64,000 nt of DNA from Escherichia phage AV108, in sequence record OR352938.1; one strand, given 5' to 3'. The notes beneath the pieces were generated by a model. It made no database searches, had not been told where the DNA came from, and saw only the letters and a program-made list of their open reading frames with translations. Positions 57,212 through 64,000 of this stretch are shown piece by piece; within the stretch, counting starts at the first letter, position 1; each line of letters opens with the position of its first letter. A program made the translations under genes and the position numbers.

Positions 57212-57888
57212 CTATTTGTTTCTGCTTTTAATTGAGATATTTCTTTACACTCTTTAACTACTTTAACAAATAATGCTCTTGCTTTTGCGGCGTCAATAAC
57301 AAGTAGTTTCTTGTACGCCTTCATTTTAACACTATAAGTTTGCCAAATCAAGTCTTTGGCTACCTTGTCGTGTTCGTCGATTATATTTAGAAAGCTATCT
57401 AACAACATAAACGACTCAAACGATATAATCCGATTTTGCAGTAGTTTAAAGATACCGCTAGTTTCGGTTGCGGGATTATATGTAATTAGCTCTTTAAGAG
57501 TAACCCCGCGTTTCTCTGAGAAGTATACAAGACTTTTAATGTCATCGTCAAATCGTGTTGCCGCATCAGTGATTTTACCGATGTACTCCATGTAAAACCC
57601 GTATGCGTCAACATCGGTGATTTCACCTACCCATGCATCGGTATTAGCTACCAGATTGCTTAAGAATAGGAAGTATAATTCTCTTAGATTGTACTTTTCC
57701 GCTAATTTTGCGAAATAATACTTATCTCTGCGTTTATTGAATGCGGCATCAGACAACCGCATCCTCCAATTGTATTTTACGCAATCATAACGCCCGTTCA
57801 TATGAGCTTTCATCATGCAATATAACATATACACAGATTTAGCATTAATTCGCATATCTGGATCTGGAGGAAGACGGTTTCTGATCAT
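57208..57888 (-). CDS. 59: helicase loader (T4 gp59-like)
   Basis: Collinear with T4 gp59 as recalled (GKSVY.LY.M.K.HMNG.YD..KYNW.MR.SDAA..KRRDKY.F, NLVAN.DAW.G). Confidence 0.88.
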   Translation of the reverse strand: MIRNRLPPDPDMRINAKSVYMLYCMMKAHMNGRYDCVKYNWRMRLSDAAFNKRRDKYYFAKLAEKYNLRELYFLFLSNLVANTDAWVGEITDVDAYGFYMEYIGKITDAATRFDDDIKSLVYFSEKRGVTLKELITYNPATETSGIFKLLQNRIISFESFMLLDSFLNIIDEHDKVAKDLIWQTYSVKMKAYKKLLVIDAAKARALFVKVVKECKEISQLKAETNS

Positions 57889-57897
57889 ACATACCCC

Positions 57898-58167
57898 TTA
57901 AATATCGAGAGTGTTGGTCGGTTCGTCGATCACTCCCTTCCTGAGCGTTCTATTTACTATACATTCTTGTGTGATCTTGTCAATGATGGACACCGGAATA
58001 TATTTCTGATAGTGACCATATTCTATAGAGTTTTCCTCTACAAACTGAGTTGTCGCTTCAAGATAAGTCAATCCCTCTTCAACAACCAGTTTTTCGATTG
58101 CAAGACCGTTTGCTGTTTTATTCGCGGCTTTTACCGCATGTTCATTAAGCATTGAACACCCGATCAT
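57898..58167 (-). CDS. 33: late transcription co-activator (T4 gp33-like)
   Basis: 89 aa; EK.VEE.G..YLEATT.F.EENSI resembles T4 gp33; synteny with 59 and dsbA. Confidence 0.75.
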   Translation of the reverse strand: MIGCSMLNEHAVKAANKTANGLAIEKLVVEEGLTYLEATTQFVEENSIEYGHYQKYIPVSIIDKITQECIVNRTLRKGVIDEPTNTLDI

Positions 58168-58420
58168 AGAGTTCTACTGCTTCATCGCGTTCTGCTTCGA
58201 AGGTTTCGCGCTGTTGCTGGTGATACAGTTTAAACAGAATGCCCCACATTTTACCATCTACGCCTAATTCTTCTTTAGCACGCTGTTTGATCTCTTTGAT
58301 CTTATCGCCGTATGCTTCTTGAATGGTTTTCTGATCGCTGGCTTCTTTAATCAGTTGTGCCAGGGTATTTCCGTGTACATTTTCATCGAATACTACTTTT
58401 TCTTTTTTCTGTTCAGTCAT
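58145..58420 (-). CDS. dsbA: DsbA-like dsDNA-binding late transcription protein
   Basis: 91-aa ORF in the T4 dsbA position; assignment mostly by synteny. Confidence 0.6.
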   Translation of the reverse strand: MTEQKKEKVVFDENVHGNTLAQLIKEASDQKTIQEAYGDKIKEIKQRAKEELGVDGKMWGILFKLYHQQQRETFEAERDEAVELYDRVFNA

Positions 58421-58425
58421 AATAT

Positions 58426-59025
58426 TTAACCCTCTTTCGTCATTAATTGAAAACCACGTTCAGCTTTTGAAATTTCGCTAGGACTTAAATCGTCACCAAC
58501 ATATTCTAGCATCATTTCTCGGATAATGTCAAGTGCTTTTTCATCACCTGATTTTAACTCGAACTCAAGTTCATAATGAGCAGTGTTTCCCAATCCTTCG
58601 CCTACTTTGCCATAATAGAAAGTGTCTTTGCACATTTCCACTATACCACAACCCATATCTAGAGTCAATGACTTGCGATATGTCATTACTTGCATTATTG
58701 CAGTGATATAGTCGGAGTTTACCCCTAGACTATCAATAAAATGGACGAACTCATCCCAATTTGAAAATGTCATTTCCTCGCGGTTGAATAGTCCAGATTC
58801 ATTATCACCCATTTTGACCATGATCTCTGATTTTCTACAGTCAAGTCGTGCATAAATTCCTTTTTGACGTAGCGCATGATCTTCGGTATCATAATAAAAT
58901 TCGTGTTTTAATATGTTATCTCGGTCTAAGAGATTGTACCCGTCATACATTGCCACCCACAAATCACAGATGGTTTCGACGCCAATTTGTGAGTGTGCAT
59001 AGTATTTTAATTCAAGTTCTTTCAT
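58426..59025 (-). CDS. CYTH-like (triphosphate tunnel metalloenzyme) domain protein, putative
   Basis: N-terminal ELELK (ExExK), YYDTED..L...G...R, and later YELEFELK (ExExE) match the CYTH signature; lies between dsbA and rnh. Confidence 0.5.
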   Translation of the reverse strand: MKELELKYYAHSQIGVETICDLWVAMYDGYNLLDRDNILKHEFYYDTEDHALRQKGIYARLDCRKSEIMVKMGDNESGLFNREEMTFSNWDEFVHFIDSLGVNSDYITAIMQVMTYRKSLTLDMGCGIVEMCKDTFYYGKVGEGLGNTAHYELEFELKSGDEKALDIIREMMLEYVGDDLSPSEISKAERGFQLMTKEG

Positions 59026-59035
59026 GTGTCAACCC

Positions 59036-59983
59036 TTAGAACTCACCAATTTTCTGTAACATTTTAACTAACGCATTTGTTACAAAATAGTTATAAATTT
59101 TACCGCGTGGTGCTGGTTTAGATTTTTCCCATGCTAACAAAATTTCATATTCGATGTTATCAGGAATAAATTCAAAATCAATAAGTTCGCGGTTTTCGTC
59201 AAAGCGTCGTGCTTCTTCCTCTGTCATCAAAGACTTTGGATCTTCGGCATCGAAAATTTGCTCTAACCATTTGGTTGCAATTGGTTTAGCTCGTTCTCCT
59301 TCCAGTCGTGAGATAATGAAATCACTACGGCACTTGATAGAAGCTACACCGTCTTTTGCGTCACCCTTAACACATTTTACCATAAGGTCTTTGTAAGGGC
59401 TACCATATTTGCATTTCTTCCACGCTTTCTGTACTGGCGACCACTGTTTCACGTTTTTGTATTTGTGCAACTGTGTGTAGTCACCATCGCCGGAGTTGAT
59501 TAGCACCTGGCGACCTTCTACAGAAAACTTTTTAGTTAATACAGCGATTATATCATCCGCTTCAACTTTGTCAACCTTAATAACGTGATAAGGCATGTTC
59601 TCTTTAAACTCTTCGGTGATCTTATTGATCGCAGCAAAGATCATCTCCCAATCACGCGGATCTGCGTCTCGTTTTTCTTTACGGTTGCGTTTATAGTAAG
59701 GTGCGATATCACGTCGCCAGTAACCTTTGCTTGAATCAAAGGCAAGTACCGTAATTGGGTATTGCTCTTTGAATTTTGTCATATTATAACGCATGGTGTC
59801 AAGGATAAGATGACGGATCATACCTTCATTAATAGGATCTTCCGGTTTAAAGGTATGTGAGATAGTAGCAATCATAAGCTGCGACATATCAATCAAATGC
59901 ACACCTTCCGGCAGTTTATCTTCTGGATCATCGAAGAAATCATTAAGTGTAGCGGTCGTTTTTGTAAATGGGTTATACGTCAT
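59036..59983 (-). CDS. rnh: RNase H / 5'-3' flap exonuclease
   Basis: Collinear with T4 RNase H as recalled (GYWRRD, YYKRNR, INSGDGDYTQLHKY.NVKQWSP, PRGKIY.YFV). Confidence 0.9.
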   Translation of the reverse strand: MTYNPFTKTTATLNDFFDDPEDKLPEGVHLIDMSQLMIATISHTFKPEDPINEGMIRHLILDTMRYNMTKFKEQYPITVLAFDSSKGYWRRDIAPYYKRNRKEKRDADPRDWEMIFAAINKITEEFKENMPYHVIKVDKVEADDIIAVLTKKFSVEGRQVLINSGDGDYTQLHKYKNVKQWSPVQKAWKKCKYGSPYKDLMVKCVKGDAKDGVASIKCRSDFIISRLEGERAKPIATKWLEQIFDAEDPKSLMTEEEARRFDENRELIDFEFIPDNIEYEILLAWEKSKPAPRGKIYNYFVTNALVKMLQKIGEF

Positions 59984-59985
59984 AA

Positions 59986-60171
59986 TTAAGTTCTCTCCAC
60001 TCTCACAACAACATATTCGCCAAACGAGTTAGATACTTCACGGTCATACCCGTACTTCTCCATAACTCGCAGAATTGCATTGTTTAATTCGGCGCGGAAA
60101 TAATTGTAATCCTTATCAGGGATTCTGTCAACTACCCATTTTGCACCTTCTGACAAATCAACTTTAACCAT
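59986..60171 (-). CDS. hypothetical protein (61 aa)
   Basis: ORF with ATG immediately upstream of rnh on the minus strand. Confidence 0.4.
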   Translation of the reverse strand: MVKVDLSEGAKWVVDRIPDKDYNYFRAELNNAILRVMEKYGYDREVSNSFGEYVVVRVERT

Positions 60172-60209
60172 AATATATCATCCTCTTTTGTTTCTATCAA
60201 GCCTTATTT

Positions 60210-60217
60210 TATAAATA
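60210..60217 (+). promoter_or_regulatory. T4-type late promoter (TATAAATA) for gene 34
   Basis: Exact TATAAATA 29 nt upstream of gene 34 ATG, followed by AAAGGAGA RBS. Confidence 0.55.
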
Positions 60218-60245
60218 TGAACATACTATAAAAGGAGACCCAATA

Positions 60246-63200
60246 ATGGCAGATTTTTCTCAACATTTCAAGGCCACATTTGGCTTTGACGCTGGTAATG
60301 AAAAGGTCGTCAATGTAGCATACGCAGATAAAAACACATCAACGGATGCGGTCAACGTTGAATTTTTCAATTACCATAATGGCATTACTCAGTATGACAC
60401 AACTCGCGGTTATGATCAATACGGAACTACAATCTATCAAAACCGTCCGTATTATGCAAAAGAAGATATCACAAAGCCAGCAGGTGATTTTGACCCGACT
60501 AAATGGCAAGCACTGCGCACGGACCCACGTTGGGATTATATTGCAGCAACTTCCGGTGATACTCCTTTACAGTCTGGTGATTATATCGCAGCAGATGGTC
60601 AATTTGCAAACTTGACTTTCTCTATGCCAACTAAACCAGCAGAGGGAGACACTATAACAGTAAAAGATATCGGTGGCAAGTGTGGTGTTAACGAATTATC
60701 GTTCTTGAGTACAGGACATGAGTTTTACCATAACGGTAATGTGTACAACCGAAAATGGTATTGCACTACCCCGTATGCAATGAACTATTTCATCTTTGTT
60801 CGTAATCGTTGGCATGTTTATCAGACAGGAACAGAGCCACGCGGTGTGTACGCACAGCCAGCGATTGATGCTATTCAAATGCAGAATGGTGATCAGGTAT
60901 TTCGTCGTAGTTCGTTGGGTAATATTACCTTAGTGCTTCCTAAGTTTGCCAACAATGGCGACATGATCCAGACTACAGACCTTGACGGATTAACCGCAAC
61001 CAACCACGTTACGGTTAAAGTTCATGAGCACGCAGAAGAACAATCAATTGGCACGTCCGGTCTAAAAGAGATTATCGGTAAGCGTAGCGGTCATGGTGTA
61101 TTCATCTTTGACAAGACGGAAAACTTATGGCGTTTGTGGGATGGTGATCAGTCTGTTCGTCTTAAACCGATCATCGATGACACTCGCTTGCAACCTAATA
61201 GCTATGTTGCTGTATTTGGTGATCGTGATGTTACTCTGACGCTGCCGACCAATGTCGAGCCGGGTGATCGTATTCAAGTTTCTATGCAGTATATGAACGG
61301 AAACCAGAATTGCCGTATTATCGCCGCCACAGAGGATACAAAAATCCTTATGCAGAAAAACATGGTTCAGTTTCCTAAGCGTAGCGAGTACCCATTCAAT
61401 GGGACCGATACATGGACGGGAGTATCTGAATTGTCTTTCAACGCTGCAAATGATTATGTACCTTATCTGGAGTTCTCTTATTCAGAAGGTGATGATGGTA
61501 AGAAATACTGGTTGGTGGCACATGCTCACCCGATTGTAGAACGAGTAGATCCGACTCGTAAAGATCGTGTTGGTGTAATTGCACTGGCTACCCAAACTGA
61601 AACGAATAAAAACCATGAAGAGAATCCTAGCGACGAAGTTGCAGTAACACCAAAAATGCTGGCTAATAAAACCGCCAACGAAACTCGACGCGGTATTGCT
61701 CGCATTGCGACTCAAGCGGAAACGCATCAAGATACTGGTTCCAACTTCCTGGATGATGTTATCGTTACGCCTAAAAAGTTAAATGACTGTGTTGCTACCG
61801 AAGCCCGTCGTGGTGTGATGGAAATTGCAACCCAGCACGAAACCAATGAAGGTTTAGACGATACCCGCGCTATTACTCCTAAGAAATTAGAAGAACGTCG
61901 CGCTTCCGAAGATCTCGCTGGTATTGCTGAAATTGTTCAGGCTGGCGGCAGTGCTGCCGCTCGACGTGGCGAAGCTGGTACAGGGATCTATAACATCAAT
62001 GACCATGCTAAAATTGTTACGCCAAAAAACATCAACGAAGTCAAGGCGACCGAAACTTCCCGTGGTGTTGGCTATCTGGCAACTGACGCGGAAGTGCAAG
62101 GGGCTACAGAATCAACCCCGCAAGATGCTTTACTCATCACGACTCGCACGCTAACGAAACGTACTGCTACCGAATCGCGCACTGGTATCGCTGAAATTGC
62201 AACTCAGGAAGAAACAAACTTAGGTCAAAGTGATAACCATATCATCACGCCTAAAAAGTTGCATACTCGCCGCGCAACGGAAACTTTACACGGTTTAGCA
62301 GAAATTGCAACTCAGCCGGAATTTGACGCAGGTCGTGACGATGATCGCATTTCTACCCCATTGAAGATTAAAACCTTCTTTGAGAATGCACAGCGTTTGA
62401 AAGTAGATCCGACTCAGGGGCTTAACCTTACTGGTGATTTGTGGCAAGGTATCATGATCAGCGGTCTGGATGCAACCGAAGATACAAAAGGTGTCGCTAA
62501 AGTTGCGACTACTCAGCTTACTGACGCTGGTCAAGATGATACTACAATCATCACGCCTAAAAAGCTGCAAGGCAAAAAGGCCACCGAAGGTAAAGAAGGT
62601 ATTATCCGAGTTGGTACTCAAGCCGAAACCGTGGCTGGTATTATGGACAATGTAGCAATTTCTCCGAAGAACTTCAAATATGTTGTTCAGACAGAGGATA
62701 CATGGAAAGCAACCGAAGCGCGTCGTGGATTCTTGAAAGTTGCTACTCAGGAAAACTGTTTTGTTGGTGATAATCTGCAAGGTTCTACTCAAGAACTAGG
62801 AAACTACCAGCATGACGGAATTGCTGTTACCCCTAAAGGATTAAACTACGCACTTGCTAATTTCTTACCTAAGATGGCAACCGCTCAGAATAGTTTGAAA
62901 TTGGGTAACGTAGAGGCCTCTAAATGGGCGCGTAGAGACATTGATCAGACCATAGAGAGCAATTACACGTTTAATAAAAACGTTAACGTGAAGGGCGATT
63001 TAGAGTGCTTAAAATCAGGTTCCTTTGAAACTCTGTCTGTGACTAAGAACTCGACCGATGTTCCGAGTAATGGTCATCTGGTGTTGGGTGAGCGTGGAGT
63101 TGACGGTCACACCGGAATTACTCTGCATGGCACAACCGCATCGGAAGGCATGAAAAACTCTTGGTCTATTATCGTTGGTGGTACTGGAACAGCGCAAGTT

Positions 63201-63986
63201 GTTGATAGTGATGCTATCGCTTTCGGTAAAATCAATGATGGTGGAGTCGTTGAGCATTACGCCTTTGCTATGAAACACAATGGCGACGCGACAGCATATA
63301 GAGACTTTATTGCAGGTCGTAACCTGTATGCGAAACAAGGCGGTTTATACATTGTTGACCAGTCTAATCCGGCAATGACTCGTTCCTCAGATGGTATGCT
63401 GAATATCGGTCACGGTGGAAGTGTTAACATCAAGGCAGGTCATCAAACGTTAACTACAGAGATCGCCGGACAGAAATATCAGATCGTACACGCAGGAAAC
63501 GCCGACGAAGTTCTTAACCGTCAGTTTGTTAAGAATGCTGGCGATACAATGGTCGGTAAGCTGACTATGGATAATGCGCCTATTGTTTCTGTTAAGCATG
63601 AAGCTAGCGCGGCAACCGCTCCGGCAATCGGTAACATCGGTTTCTGGAATATGCGAGTTACTACCCAGAACATCAAAGAAACTTATCCAGAGAAGAAAAA
63701 CGGTACTCTGATGCAATGGGGTACTGACGCGGACGGGCTTACCCAGCTTTGGTCCCCTGATGGTACTCATAAACATTATATCCGTTCCGGTACTGGTGGT
63801 CAATGGACCGCATGGGGTGAAATTTACACCAAACAGAATAAGCCTACCGCTCAGGAAATCGGGGCAGTAGTTGCAGAAGGTGGTTTAATGAACTCTATGA
63901 CGGTTCGTGATTGGATCAAAGTTGGTAATGTTAAAATCATCGCCAATAATCTGACTCGTACCGTAGACTTTATCTGGGAAGACTAA
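60246..63986 (+). CDS. 34: long tail fibre proximal subunit (T4 gp34-like)
   Basis: 1246 aa; internal repeated motif R.G.A.IATQ.E.. (at least 9 copies); position after rnh as in T4. Confidence 0.85.
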   Translation: MADFSQHFKATFGFDAGNEKVVNVAYADKNTSTDAVNVEFFNYHNGITQYDTTRGYDQYGTTIYQNRPYYAKEDITKPAGDFDPTKWQALRTDPRWDYIAATSGDTPLQSGDYIAADGQFANLTFSMPTKPAEGDTITVKDIGGKCGVNELSFLSTGHEFYHNGNVYNRKWYCTTPYAMNYFIFVRNRWHVYQTGTEPRGVYAQPAIDAIQMQNGDQVFRRSSLGNITLVLPKFANNGDMIQTTDLDGLTATNHVTVKVHEHAEEQSIGTSGLKEIIGKRSGHGVFIFDKTENLWRLWDGDQSVRLKPIIDDTRLQPNSYVAVFGDRDVTLTLPTNVEPGDRIQVSMQYMNGNQNCRIIAATEDTKILMQKNMVQFPKRSEYPFNGTDTWTGVSELSFNAANDYVPYLEFSYSEGDDGKKYWLVAHAHPIVERVDPTRKDRVGVIALATQTETNKNHEENPSDEVAVTPKMLANKTANETRRGIARIATQAETHQDTGSNFLDDVIVTPKKLNDCVATEARRGVMEIATQHETNEGLDDTRAITPKKLEERRASEDLAGIAEIVQAGGSAAARRGEAGTGIYNINDHAKIVTPKNINEVKATETSRGVGYLATDAEVQGATESTPQDALLITTRTLTKRTATESRTGIAEIATQEETNLGQSDNHIITPKKLHTRRATETLHGLAEIATQPEFDAGRDDDRISTPLKIKTFFENAQRLKVDPTQGLNLTGDLWQGIMISGLDATEDTKGVAKVATTQLTDAGQDDTTIITPKKLQGKKATEGKEGIIRVGTQAETVAGIMDNVAISPKNFKYVVQTEDTWKATEARRGFLKVATQENCFVGDNLQGSTQELGNYQHDGIAVTPKGLNYALANFLPKMATAQNSLKLGNVEASKWARRDIDQTIESNYTFNKNVNVKGDLECLKSGSFETLSVTKNSTDVPSNGHLVLGERGVDGHTGITLHGTTASEGMKNSWSIIVGGTGTAQVVDSDAIAFGKINDGGVVEHYAFAMKHNGDATAYRDFIAGRNLYAKQGGLYIVDQSNPAMTRSSDGMLNIGHGGSVNIKAGHQTLTTEIAGQKYQIVHAGNADEVLNRQFVKNAGDTMVGKLTMDNAPIVSVKHEASAATAPAIGNIGFWNMRVTTQNIKETYPEKKNGTLMQWGTDADGLTQLWSPDGTHKHYIRSGTGGQWTAWGEIYTKQNKPTAQEIGAVVAEGGLMNSMTVRDWIKVGNVKIIANNLTRTVDFIWED

Positions 63987-64000
63987 TTAAAGGGGGCGAA

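Overview
This window is a contiguous ~64 kb segment of a T4-like (Tevenvirinae-type) myovirus genome. On the + strand it runs through terminase 16/17, tail sheath 18, tail tube 19, portal 20, prohead core 67/68, protease 21, scaffold 22, major capsid 23 and vertex 24. It continues with hoc, a GIY-YIG endonuclease, uvsW, uvsY, the baseplate hub cluster (25, 26, 51, 27, 28, 29, 48, 54) and two alt-type ADP-ribosyltransferases. A ~7 kb hyperplastic early region of small minus-strand ORFs follows, most preceded by a sigma70-like promoter whose spacer is a GC-rich palindrome. After that come DNA ligase 30, gp31, cd, pseT, a spanin-like pair, rnlA, denA, nrdB, nrdA, td, frd, 32, 59, 33, dsbA, rnh and tail fibre gene 34. 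The most unusual items are: (1) a 331-aa intein with a LAGLIDADG endonuclease inserted exactly in the Walker A P-loop of the large terminase; (2) a five-gene translationally coupled early operon encoding a minimal C5-cytosine-methyltransferase-like protein, a Cys-rich protein and a DUF262/ParB-like protein; (3) a six-member tandem family of small paralogs sharing an HxHW...A(V/I)DV motif; (4) CYTH-like, NADAR-like and SLOG/DprA-like accessory genes at positions where T4 has other or no genes. No rRNA, tRNA or CRISPR array was found. All homology calls rest on motifs and on T4 protein sequences recalled from memory; no database search was run, so product names for accessory genes are hypotheses. 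Where the ORF track began at a non-ATG codon I moved the start to the ATG with a Shine-Dalgarno match.
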